This document shows positions 17,253 to 26,088 of a stretch of 35,909 nt of DNA, piece by piece; positions within the stretch are counted from its first letter, which is position 1; every line of letters begins with the position of its first letter. The DNA comes from Deltaproteobacteria bacterium (GTDB taxonomy: Bacteria > Myxococcota_A > UBA796 > UBA2385). The stretch lies in contig JAERSX010000320.1 in the NCBI GenBank assembly GCA_016845285.1, positions 1-35,909 of the forward strand, in the 5' to 3' direction. The translations under genes were made by a program, and so were the position numbers. The notes below the pieces were generated by a model that saw only the letters and a program-made list of their open reading frames with translations, had not been told where the DNA came from and ran no database searches.

Positions 17253-19381
17253 TCCCCGACTTCACCCAGATCCCCTGGCAGACCCCCGCCTCGAAGGCCG
17301 AGGGTGTCGAGCCCACCCGACAGGACACCCCCGAGGGCGTCCCGCTGGCCTCCGTCTACACGGCCGCAGACCTGTCCGACCTGGGCACCCTGCACACCAT
17401 GCCCGGACTCCCGCCCTTCCTCCGCGGCCCCTACGCCACCATGTACAGCGGGCGCCCCTGGACCGTCCGTCAGTACGCGGGCTTCTCGACGGCCGAAGCC
17501 AGCAATGCCTTCTACCGACGCAACCTCGCCGCCGGCCAGAAGGGGCTGTCCATCGCCTTCGATCTGGCCACCCACCGCGGCTACGACAGCGACCATCCCC
17601 GGGTGGTCGGCGACGTCGGCATGGCCGGCGTGGCCATCGACAGCATCCTCGACATGCGAATCCTCTTCGAGGGCATTCCGCTCGATCGCATGAGCGTGTC
17701 CATGACCATGAACGGGGCCGTCCTGCCCATCATGGCCCTCTACATCGTGGCCGCCGAGGAGCAGGGCGTGGCGCCCGCAGCCCTCAGCGGCACCATCCAT
17801 AACGACATCCTCAAGGAGTTCATGGTCCGGAACACGTACGTGTACCCGCCGGCTCCGAGCCTCCGGATCATCGGCGACATCTTCGGCTACACCGCCGCTC
17901 ACATGCCGCGCTTCAACAGCATCAGCGTGTCCGGCTACCACATGCAGGAGGCCGGAGCGACCGCCGACCTCGAGCTCGCCTACACCCTGGCCGACGGCCT
18001 CGAGTACCTGCGCACCGGTGTGGCCGCGGGCCTCGACATCGATCGCTTCGCGCCCCGCATCTCCTTCTTCTGGGGAATCGGGATGCGCTTCATGATGGAG
18101 GTGGCCAAGCTGCGCGCCGGCCGCCTGCTCTGGAGTCACATCGTGGGCGGCTTCGGCCCCAAGAACCCGAAGTCGCGCTCGCTGCGCACCCACAGCCAGA
18201 CCAGCGGCTGGTCGCTCACGGCTCAAGACCCCTACAACAACATCGTGCGCACCTGCGTCGAGGCCATGGCCGCCACCCAGGGCCACACCCAGTCTCTCCA
18301 CACCAACTCCTTCGACGAGGCCCTGGCCCTGCCGAGCGACCTGAGCGCGCGCATCGCCCGAAACACCCAGCTCTTCCTGCAGCACGAGACCGACACCTGC
18401 GACCTCGTCGACCCCTGGGGCGGCAGCTACGCCATCGAGCGTCTCACCGCCGACCTCGCGGCCCGTGCCTGGGAGCACATCGTCGAGGTCGAGGAGCTCG
18501 GCGGCATGGCCAAGGCCATCGAGGCGGGCATTCCCAAGATGCGCATCGAGGAGGCCGCCGCCCGCACCCAGGCCCGCATCGACAGCGGCCGGCAGGTCGT
18601 GCTCGGCGTCAACCGCTACCAGCTCGACGACGAGCCCGAGATCGAGGTGCGTCAGGTGGACAACGACGAGGTGCGCCGCGCCCAGCTCGCGCGCCTGGCA
18701 CAGCTCCGGGCAGAACGTGACGAGGCCGCCACCCAGGCCGCCCTCGCCGCCCTCACCCGCGGCGCCGAGGCCCAAGGCAACCTGCTCGACCTCAGCGTGA
18801 AGGCCGCCCGAGCCAAGGCCACCGTGGGCGAGATCAGCGATGCGCTGGAGCGAGCCTTCGGCCGCCACCAGGCCCACCCCAAGGCACTCCGCGGCGTCTA
18901 CCGCCGCGAGCTCGGAGAGGACACCGCCGTGACCCAGTCCATCGAAGAGGCCGTCGCTCGCTTCGAGGCCCTCGAGGGCCGTCGACCTCGCATCCTGGTC
19001 GCCAAGATGGGCCAGGACGGCCACGACCGCGGCCAGAAGGTCATCAGCACCGCCTTCGCCGACCTCGGCTTCGACGTGGACGTGGGCCCCCTCTTCCAGA
19101 CGCCCGCCGAGACCGCACGGCAGGCCGTGGAGAACGATGTACACGTCGTCGGCGTGAGCTCACTGGCCGCCGGCCATCTCACCCTGGTGCCGGCGCTCCG
19201 GGCCGAGCTGGCTGCCTACGATCGCGAGGACATCGTCATCGTCGTGGGAGGCGTGGTCCCGCCCCAGGACTACGACGCTCTCTACGAGGCCGGCGCCACC
19301 TGCATCTTCGGGCCGGGCACCGTCATCGCAGACGCCGCGCTGGAGCTCATGAGCGAGCTGGAGCGCCGCGTCGGCGCCTGA
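17249..19381 (+). CDS. mutB: Methylmalonyl-CoA mutase large (alpha) subunit, B12-dependent
   Basis: Motifs read: [48 protein letters not shown], and the C-terminal cobalamin motif [10 protein letters not shown]. Confidence 0.95.
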   Translation: MIPDFTQIPWQTPASKAEGVEPTRQDTPEGVPLASVYTAADLSDLGTLHTMPGLPPFLRGPYATMYSGRPWTVRQYAGFSTAEASNAFYRRNLAAGQKGLSIAFDLATHRGYDSDHPRVVGDVGMAGVAIDSILDMRILFEGIPLDRMSVSMTMNGAVLPIMALYIVAAEEQGVAPAALSGTIHNDILKEFMVRNTYVYPPAPSLRIIGDIFGYTAAHMPRFNSISVSGYHMQEAGATADLELAYTLADGLEYLRTGVAAGLDIDRFAPRISFFWGIGMRFMMEVAKLRAGRLLWSHIVGGFGPKNPKSRSLRTHSQTSGWSLTAQDPYNNIVRTCVEAMAATQGHTQSLHTNSFDEALALPSDLSARIARNTQLFLQHETDTCDLVDPWGGSYAIERLTADLAARAWEHIVEVEELGGMAKAIEAGIPKMRIEEAAARTQARIDSGRQVVLGVNRYQLDDEPEIEVRQVDNDEVRRAQLARLAQLRAERDEAATQAALAALTRGAEAQGNLLDLSVKAARAKATVGEISDALERAFGRHQAHPKALRGVYRRELGEDTAVTQSIEEAVARFEALEGRRPRILVAKMGQDGHDRGQKVISTAFADLGFDVDVGPLFQTPAETARQAVENDVHVVGVSSLAAGHLTLVPALRAELAAYDREDIVIVVGGVVPPQDYDALYEAGATCIFGPGTVIADAALELMSELERRVGA

Positions 19382-19399
19382 GCCCGGGGCACCCTGTGC

Positions 19400-19822
19400 T
19401 CAGTACCACATGGGCAGGTGGAGCTCTGCGCCATCGGCGGGGACCTGCACCGAGCAGTTCGACCACCGGGGGACCATCAAGGGCTTCTTCGTACACGAAG
19501 CAGCGGTGCCCTCAGAGGGTCCGGGTGGCAGGAAGGCGAAGTCGAGCTCGCCATCTGCGTCGTGGTCATGGTGGATGGTGAAGCCGTAGCGACCCGGGGC
19601 CAGGTCGCTCACGCGCATCTCGATGGTCGCGCTGCTCGCGGGCACTGTCAGGCTGCGCACCTCCTCTCCCCAGTGCGGGTAGGTCTCCTCAGCGTCGAAG
19701 ACGCGCAGCACCAAGGGCGCGCCATCGGTCTGGACGCCGTCGAGCCGGATGACCACATCACCAGCTCGGGCCGCCGAGAGCGCCGAGAACGCGGAGAGCG
19801 CCGAGAGCAGCATCAGTGACAT
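19400..19822 (-). CDS. Secreted DUF2141-like protein
   Basis: Only the last 140 aa of track ORF 19400..20671 are plausible. ATG 19822 is preceded by GGGAG. The signal is MSLMLLSALSAFSALSAARA. The segment LAPGRYGFTIHHDHDADGELDF..PPGPSEGTAAS resembles the DUF2141 core. The rest of that track ORF is antisense to meaB. Confidence 0.6.
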   Translation of the reverse strand: MSLMLLSALSAFSALSAARAGDVVIRLDGVQTDGAPLVLRVFDAEETYPHWGEEVRSLTVPASSATIEMRVSDLAPGRYGFTIHHDHDADGELDFAFLPPGPSEGTAASCTKKPLMVPRWSNCSVQVPADGAELHLPMWY

Positions 19823-19990
19823 GGGGGCTCCCAGGGACTCCAGGTGCTGTGCTCCTGGCCCACCACACCCTCCAGGTCCCCCAGGATGCCACGCATCCCA
19901 GGCAAGCTCCGCGACGATCTGTACCGAGATCCGCGCAGAGCTTCGACACCTGGCGCTGAGCCGCGCGCCGTTCCAGGCTAAGCCTCCGAC

Positions 19991-20992
19991 ATGCCCCGGC
20001 GCCCCACCCTCTCCACCCAGGACCTCATCACCGGCGTGCGCGCCGGAGACCGCGCCATCCTGGGCCGCGCCATCAGCCTGGTCGAGTCCACCCACCCGGC
20101 CCATCGCGTCCAGGCCACGGCACTGCTCGACGCCCTGATGCCCCACACCGGTGGCGCCCAGCGCATCGGCCTGACCGGCGTGCCCGGCGCCGGCAAGAGC
20201 ACGCTCATCGACACCCTGGGCACCCGGCTGACCGCCGCTGGCCATCGGGTCGCCGTCATCGCCGTCGACCCCTCCAGCAGCCGCACCGGCGGCAGCATCT
20301 TGGGCGACAAGACCCGGATGCAGCGCCTGGGCGTAGACCCCATGGCCTTCATCCGCCCCTCTCCGGCGGCCGGCACGCTGGGCGGGGTGGCCCGCCGAAC
20401 CCGCGAGACCCTGCTGCTCTGCGAGGCCGCAGGCTTCGATGTGGTGCTCGTGGAGACGGTCGGCGTGGGCCAGAGCGAGACCGTCGTCGCAGACATGACC
20501 GACATCTTCGTGGTCTTGCTCATCGCCGGTGCCGGCGACGAGCTCCAGGGCATCAAGCGGGGGCTCATGGAGCGGGCCGACGTGCTCGTGGTGCACAAGT
20601 GCGACGGCGACAACATCGACGCCGCCCAGCGCGCCGCACACGAGCTTCGTCAGGCCGTGCGACTGCTGCACCCCGCGAGTGCGCCGTGGGTGCCGCCCGT
20701 GCTCACGGCCAGCGCCCTCGCCGACACCGGCCTGTCAGAGCTCTGGCAGACCATCGCCCGCTTCGGCGAGGAGGCCCGCGCCCGTGGCGAGCACGACACC
20801 CGTCGCACCGCCCAGCGCGCGCGCTGGATGTGGGATCTCGTCGAAGACGAGCTCATGAGGCGGCTCCGCTCCGATCCCACGGTGGCCTCCCGCCTGCCTC
20901 ACCTCGAAGAGGCCGTGGCCAGCGGCGTCCTCGCCCCCACCCACGCCGCCGAACAGCTGATCGCCGCCTTCCTGGCTGACCGCCAGGACTGA
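19991..20992 (+). CDS. meaB: Methylmalonyl-CoA mutase-associated G3E GTPase (MeaB/ArgK)
   Basis: P-loop GVPGAGKST; DPSSSRTGGSILGDKTRM; VETVGVGQSE. The G4 position reads HKCD instead of the usual NKxD. Confidence 0.9.
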   Translation: MPRRPTLSTQDLITGVRAGDRAILGRAISLVESTHPAHRVQATALLDALMPHTGGAQRIGLTGVPGAGKSTLIDTLGTRLTAAGHRVAVIAVDPSSSRTGGSILGDKTRMQRLGVDPMAFIRPSPAAGTLGGVARRTRETLLLCEAAGFDVVLVETVGVGQSETVVADMTDIFVVLLIAGAGDELQGIKRGLMERADVLVVHKCDGDNIDAAQRAAHELRQAVRLLHPASAPWVPPVLTASALADTGLSELWQTIARFGEEARARGEHDTRRTAQRARWMWDLVEDELMRRLRSDPTVASRLPHLEEAVASGVLAPTHAAEQLIAAFLADRQD

Positions 20993-21027
20993 GACCGACG
21001 CCTGGACGGCCACGCTGCCCGGCACCA

Positions 21028-22215
21028 CTACTCGGTGGTCAGGGTGGTCACCGAGAGGCTGAGGTCGAAGCCGAGATCGGAGCTCGTGGACGTAGCCTGG
21101 TGGACCTCGACAGCGATGATGTTGCTGCCGTCCTTGAAGAGCGAGACGTCGACGTCGAAGCTCTCGTAGTCGTACTCGTCTTCGCTGCTGATGGCATCGA
21201 CCGCGTAGTCGTCGTAGGCGATGTCGCCGTCGGCGAGGTTGTCCCGAATGGCTTCCTCGCCGTTGATCCAGACGATGGCGGCGTCGTCGACCATGAGCTG
21301 GATCTCCGCCTGGGAGGGTGTGCCCGACACCGTGGTCCACTTGCGGAAGTAGGTGGTGGGGTTCTTGTCAGAGGAGTTCGAGCCGTAGGACACCGTCGTG
21401 GTCTCACGAGAGTCGCCGTAGCCCAGGGGCGCCGCGCCTTCCGACCAGGCGCTGTGGTCGTAGTCGGCCTCGCGCCACTCGGTGCCAAGGTCCACCCCCA
21501 GGTCGTTGTACATCCACGGCGAGCCCGCCTCGAGGACCTCCACCACCTCGATGGAGACGATGGCGTTGGAGCTGCCGGGGGTCCCCACCGGCATCTGCGC
21601 CCACTCGTCGGCGCCGTCGCTCACCCGGGCATGCGCCTCGTCACCGGAGAGCTGCGGGTAGACCACCCAGTCCACCGGCGTGCCGTCGTTCATGAAGAGC
21701 CCCACGCCCTCGCCGCTCGCACTGAGCCGGAAGGCGAGCTCGTCGTCGCTCAGCTCGTCGGCATCGGTGGCGTAGAGCAGCAGGTGCCCGCCCGCTTCGA
21801 GGATCAGGCCATCCGGCAGCACGTGCTTGTTCTTGTCGTCGTAGTCGTCCGACATCCACATGCCACCCAGGTCCACCGCCTCGTCACCGGTGTTGTGCAG
21901 CTCGAGCCAGTCCGGCTCGGGGAGGCTCGCGTGCTCCAGAGACCCCTCGTTGGCGGGCATGAGCTCGTTGATGACCACCGACGGTGGCTCGGGTGGCTCA
22001 CCGGAGTCTCCGTCGCCGCCAGTACCCGAGTCGCCGCCGGTGCCCGAGTCGTCGCCGGTGCCCGAGTCGTCGCCGGTGCCGTCACCTGCGCCAGAGTCAT
22101 CGCCGGAGCCTGACCCATCACCAGAGCCTGCACCGCCTCCCGTGGCGGCACCGGAGTCGGTGCCCCCCGCGGGTTGCGTTGGGGAACAGGCCAAGACGAA
22201 CAAGAGGAACAGCAC
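21028..22215 (-). CDS. Lipoprotein with a lamin-tail domain (LTD) and a C-terminal beta-sandwich domain of the type found in CotH/LTD proteins
   Basis: GTG start with MLFLLFVLACS, then a (D/G)SG(T/A)G-rich linker. The LTD reads VINELMPAN...DWLELHNTGDEAVDLGGMWMSDD. The C-terminal part reads SPWMYNDLG..W..ADYDHSAW..GYGD..TTYFRKW..VWINGEE..IIAVEVHQ. Confidence 0.75.
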   Translation of the reverse strand: MLFLLFVLACSPTQPAGGTDSGAATGGGAGSGDGSGSGDDSGAGDGTGDDSGTGDDSGTGGDSGTGGDGDSGEPPEPPSVVINELMPANEGSLEHASLPEPDWLELHNTGDEAVDLGGMWMSDDYDDKNKHVLPDGLILEAGGHLLLYATDADELSDDELAFRLSASGEGVGLFMNDGTPVDWVVYPQLSGDEAHARVSDGADEWAQMPVGTPGSSNAIVSIEVVEVLEAGSPWMYNDLGVDLGTEWREADYDHSAWSEGAAPLGYGDSRETTTVSYGSNSSDKNPTTYFRKWTTVSGTPSQAEIQLMVDDAAIVWINGEEAIRDNLADGDIAYDDYAVDAISSEDEYDYESFDVDVSLFKDGSNIIAVEVHQATSTSSDLGFDLSLSVTTLTTE

Positions 22216-22256
22216 GAATCACCACCGGGTCGCGTTCGGGATTCTAAGATGCCTCC

Positions 22257-24371
22257 ATGCGCAGCCCATGGGCCACCCTCCCGATCGTCTCGCTCATCAT
22301 GGTCGCCTCGGCGGCCTGCCGGGGGGGAACGCCACCGACAACCACGACTCCACCCCCCGGAGACACAGCCGCGCCAGACGACTCGGGCGGTGGTGACGAC
22401 GGGGGAGACGAGGGCGGCGGCGACGACAGCGCCGAGCCCGAGGTGTACGAAGACCTCGTGATCAACGAGCTCATGGCGGGCAACCGCTTCGCCGTGGCCG
22501 ACCCGCTGGGGGGCAGCGCAGACTGGCTGGAGATCTTCAACCCGGGCGACGAGGACGTGGACCTCGACGGCTGGGGTCTGCTCGTAGACGGCGCCGACGA
22601 TCCCTATCTGCTGGAAGATCTGACCGTCGGGGCCGGGGCGCATGTGGTGATCTGGGCCGACGACGCATCGGGTCTGGGCCCCGACCACACCGACTTCACC
22701 CTCGAGCTCGCCGGCGGTGAGCTGAGCCTGCTCGCTCCAGACGAGACCGTGAAGGACACGGTGAGCTGGCCGGTCCAGGCCACTGACATCTCCGCAGCCC
22801 GCGCCCCGGACGGCGCGGCGCACTGGTCGCTCACGGCCAGCCCCACACCCGGCAGCGCCAACGCCGAGGGCGACGGCCGTGAAGGAGGCACCTCAGACGG
22901 CACCTGCGCCCTGGACTCCGATCTCGACGATCCCTACTTCTGGGAGGGTGAGTCCATCGAATTCGGCCTGAGCTGCACCGCCGACCTCTCGGAGGAGGAG
23001 GTGGAGCTGGAGGTGGTGCTCGCCCCAGACAGCTCAGCCTTCGCCGACCAGCGCTTCACCATGGAGAGTGGCCCCAGCGACGGCGGCCGGGTCGACGTGA
23101 TCTTCAGCGCGCGCCCCGCCGACGCCCTGGACCAGATCCCCGAGGCCGCCACCGTCACCTTCTGGCTGGCCGACAACCCCGACCTGACCGACGCCGTCGA
23201 CCCCGTCCCCACCGAGTACACCGAGGAGTGGGGCCTGCCGGTCATCCACATCGAGACCGGAGTCGACTTCTCCCAGACCTATGTCGACGCCACCATCACC
23301 CACATGGGCACGGCCTACGACGCCGAGGTCAAGGTGCGCGGCGCGTCGAGCGTGAGCTACCCCAAGCAGAGCTACACCCTGGACTTCGACGACGAGGAGC
23401 TCAAGATCGAGGGCTGGGACAGCCGCGAGCACATCGTGCTGACCAGCACCTTCGACGACAACAGCTACGTGCGCCAGAAGCTCGTCTTCGACATGTGGCA
23501 GGCCATGGCCGAGTACTGGGGCACGCTGCGTCTGACCCCTCGCACCTTCTTCGCGGTCGTCTACCTCGAGGGCGCGTACCACGGCCTGTACATCGCCACC
23601 GACCATGTGGACGAGGAGTTCGCCGTGGCCCTGGGCTTCGACTCGGGGGGCAACCTCTACAAGTCCGTCAGCCACGACGCCAACTTCTACAACACCGACG
23701 CCAACGGCTACGTCAAGAGCAGCTGGCACGACGGCTACGAGAAGAAGGAAGGCGATGATCTCGATGACTTCGACGACCTCGACGAGTGGGTCGAGTGGGT
23801 CGCAACCAACGATGCCGAGACCATCGTCGACGAGGCGGGCCGCCGCTTCTCGTTGACCGAGTTCATGGACTGGTTCCTGCTCGTCCACTTCACCGAGTGC
23901 CAGGACTCCGCCGGCAAGAACGCCTACTTCTACAACGTGGACGAGGGCGCCCCCGCCTTCCGTCTGACCCCCTGGGACTTCAACGCCGCCTTCGGCCAGA
24001 ACTGGTACACGCGCCGCGTCGACTCCGACTACCTGCAGACCTACGAGTGGCACAACCGGATCTTCTGGGCCATCGCCAACGTGGAGTCGGCCGACACCGA
24101 GCGCTGGGAGCGCTACGCCGCCATGCGCACCGACGGGCCGCTGAGTCCCGAGTGGCTGAAGGGCACCATCGACGCCTACTACGACGACATCCACCCTTCG
24201 GCCGAGCGCGACTGGGCGAAGTGGGGCGACCAGTACTACAGCTTCAGCCGCTGGGCGAGCACGCGCAACAGCGACGCCGACTGGACCGACTACGAGGGCG
24301 AGCGGGCCTATCTGGACACCTGGATCGACGAGCGGATCACCCTGTTCGATGAGGATCACCCTCTTGAATAG
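22257..24371 (+). CDS. Exported LTD-CotH fusion protein (CotH atypical kinase family)
   Basis: Lipoprotein signal MRSPWATLPIVSLIMVASAAC. The LTD reads VINELMAGN..DWLEIFNPGDEDVDLDGW. The CotH-like core reads VKVRGASSVSYPKQSYTLDF, YVRQKLVFDMW, GLYIATDHVDEEF, GNLYK, AGKNAYFY and TPWDFNAAFGQNW. Confidence 0.8.
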   Translation: MRSPWATLPIVSLIMVASAACRGGTPPTTTTPPPGDTAAPDDSGGGDDGGDEGGGDDSAEPEVYEDLVINELMAGNRFAVADPLGGSADWLEIFNPGDEDVDLDGWGLLVDGADDPYLLEDLTVGAGAHVVIWADDASGLGPDHTDFTLELAGGELSLLAPDETVKDTVSWPVQATDISAARAPDGAAHWSLTASPTPGSANAEGDGREGGTSDGTCALDSDLDDPYFWEGESIEFGLSCTADLSEEEVELEVVLAPDSSAFADQRFTMESGPSDGGRVDVIFSARPADALDQIPEAATVTFWLADNPDLTDAVDPVPTEYTEEWGLPVIHIETGVDFSQTYVDATITHMGTAYDAEVKVRGASSVSYPKQSYTLDFDDEELKIEGWDSREHIVLTSTFDDNSYVRQKLVFDMWQAMAEYWGTLRLTPRTFFAVVYLEGAYHGLYIATDHVDEEFAVALGFDSGGNLYKSVSHDANFYNTDANGYVKSSWHDGYEKKEGDDLDDFDDLDEWVEWVATNDAETIVDEAGRRFSLTEFMDWFLLVHFTECQDSAGKNAYFYNVDEGAPAFRLTPWDFNAAFGQNWYTRRVDSDYLQTYEWHNRIFWAIANVESADTERWERYAAMRTDGPLSPEWLKGTIDAYYDDIHPSAERDWAKWGDQYYSFSRWASTRNSDADWTDYEGERAYLDTWIDERITLFDEDHPLE

Positions 24372-26088
24372 CGCACCCTCGACACTGCTCGCGCTCCTGC
24401 TGATCGCCTGCAGCGGCACGTCAGAGGACCGGCCCGGTGCGGGTCCCGGGGACGCAGGCGACGGTGGCAACGAGGGGGGCGACACCGATCCCGGGGACAC
24501 CGACGAGGGGGGCGACGGCTACGACACAGGCCCCATCGAGCAGGTGCCCGGTGGCGACGGCGAGGTGATCTTCGAGCCCGACGGTGGTGGCTTCCTCTAC
24601 GAGGTGGACGTGAGCCTGCGCTCCTCGACGGGCACAGGCGAGCTCTGGTACTGCCTCGCGCCTCCCACCGAGGACGACTGCAGCTTCCGCGAGTACGACG
24701 AGCCCTTCGAGCTGGACGAGTCCATGGTCGTGCACGCGCAGCTCCGCATCGGAGGCGCAGCCGACGAGACCGTGGCCCGCGCCTTCTTCGAGGTGGACGA
24801 CGAGCTCGCGGACTGGGACACCAACGTTCCCCTCATGGTGCTCTGGAGCGACGACGACAAGCCGTCCAGCACCTCCGATCGGGTGCCCTTCGCTGTCACG
24901 GTGATCGATGCTGACGGCGGGCGCATCGGCCTGACCGACGAGCCCGAGAGCAGCGGCCGTGGGCGCATCCGCCTCCGTGGCTCGTCTTCATCGAGCTTCA
25001 GCAAGCCCAGCTACGACCTCGAGCTCTGGGCCGCAGACTCCGACGATGACCGCCCCGAAGAGATGCTCGGGATGCCCAAGGACGGCGACTGGGTGCTCTA
25101 CGGCCCGTACTACTACGACGACGGACTCATCCGGAACGCCCTGGCCTACCAGCTCAGCAACGACGTGGGTCGCTACGCCTCGCGCACCCGCTTCGTGGAG
25201 GTCTTCCTCGCCGAGGATGGCCGGTCCGTTCGCGAGCGGAACTACATGGGCGTCTACACCCTCGTCGAAGAGATCGAGCGCGGGGCCGATCGGGTGGACG
25301 TGACCGAGCTCACCCCGGACGACGTGGACCAGCCAGAGCTCACCGGCGGCTACGTCTTCAAGCGCGACCGCCCCGACGACGACGACAGCAGCCTGAGCTG
25401 CGGCTCGGCAGGCGGCGCCATCTACTTCGAGTACGGCCTGCAGGCCGTCGACCCCGAGGAGCACGAGCTCGTCGACGTCCAGCTGTCCTATGTGGACGGC
25501 TTGTGCGATGCCCTGGGCTACGCGACGGTCTCCGACGACTTCACCGACCCCGCCAGCGGCCTGCACTACACCGACATCATCGACGTCGACTCCTTCATCG
25601 ATCACCACATCATCAACGTGATCATGAAGAACCCCGACTCCTTCCGGCTGAGCGGCTACCTCCACAAAGACCGCGACGGCCTCATCCAGGCCGGCCCCGT
25701 CTGGGACTTCGACCGGGCCTCGGCCTCGGCCGACTACCGCAGCAGCTACCCCACCTGGTGGGACGCTTGGAACCAGACCTCGGACTGCACCCCCGTCTTC
25801 GAGTACGGCTGGTACGAAGGGCTGTTCAACGATCCCGAGTTCTCGGACGCCTACTGGACCCGCTTCGAGGAGCTCCTCGACGGACCGCTGAGCGCCGAGG
25901 CCATCGACGCCCACATCGTGGACATGGCGGACCAGCTCGACGAGGCGGCCGACCGCAACGCCGACACCTGGAGCTCGCGCAACTTCGACGACGAGACCGC
26001 GCTGATCCGCGACTGGATGCAGACCCGGGTCGCCTGGATCGGCGACTGCATCGCCACCTACGAGAACCCTCAGAGCTGCCCTGGCTGA
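24349..26088 (+). CDS. Exported CotH family protein (second paralogue)
   Basis: The ATG overlaps the previous gene by 23 nt. The signal is MRITLLNSAPSTLLALLLIACSG. The CotH-like core reads RIRLRGSSSSSFSKPSYDLEL, LIRNALAYQL, MGVYTLVEEIER, GGYVFKRD, IINVIMKNPDSFRLSGYLHKD and GPVWDFDRA. Confidence 0.8.
   Translation: MRITLLNSAPSTLLALLLIACSGTSEDRPGAGPGDAGDGGNEGGDTDPGDTDEGGDGYDTGPIEQVPGGDGEVIFEPDGGGFLYEVDVSLRSSTGTGELWYCLAPPTEDDCSFREYDEPFELDESMVVHAQLRIGGAADETVARAFFEVDDELADWDTNVPLMVLWSDDDKPSSTSDRVPFAVTVIDADGGRIGLTDEPESSGRGRIRLRGSSSSSFSKPSYDLELWAADSDDDRPEEMLGMPKDGDWVLYGPYYYDDGLIRNALAYQLSNDVGRYASRTRFVEVFLAEDGRSVRERNYMGVYTLVEEIERGADRVDVTELTPDDVDQPELTGGYVFKRDRPDDDDSSLSCGSAGGAIYFEYGLQAVDPEEHELVDVQLSYVDGLCDALGYATVSDDFTDPASGLHYTDIIDVDSFIDHHIINVIMKNPDSFRLSGYLHKDRDGLIQAGPVWDFDRASASADYRSSYPTWWDAWNQTSDCTPVFEYGWYEGLFNDPEFSDAYWTRFEELLDGPLSAEAIDAHIVDMADQLDEAADRNADTWSSRNFDDETALIRDWMQTRVAWIGDCIATYENPQSCPG

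Noticed and set aside
16787-19144. 785-aa minus-strand ORF opposite the methylmalonyl-CoA mutase genes.
   Set aside because: It is antisense to a gene with unmistakable mutase motifs. Its product is Gly/Ala/His/Arg/Val-rich low-complexity sequence with no recognisable motif. This is a typical high-GC shadow ORF.
19823-20671. Upstream 283 aa of the 423-aa minus-strand ORF 19400..20671.
   Set aside because: It is antisense to meaB, which has a P-loop and G3E motifs. Only the last 140 aa form a coherent signal-peptide protein with its own GGGAG-ATG.
14828-20992. The idea that the mutAB-meaB locus supplies methylmalonyl-CoA extender units to the PKS in this window.
   Set aside because: The single AT domain carries the malonyl-type HAFH motif. 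The loci are 8 kb apart and separated by unrelated operons. The mutase cluster looks like ordinary primary metabolism.
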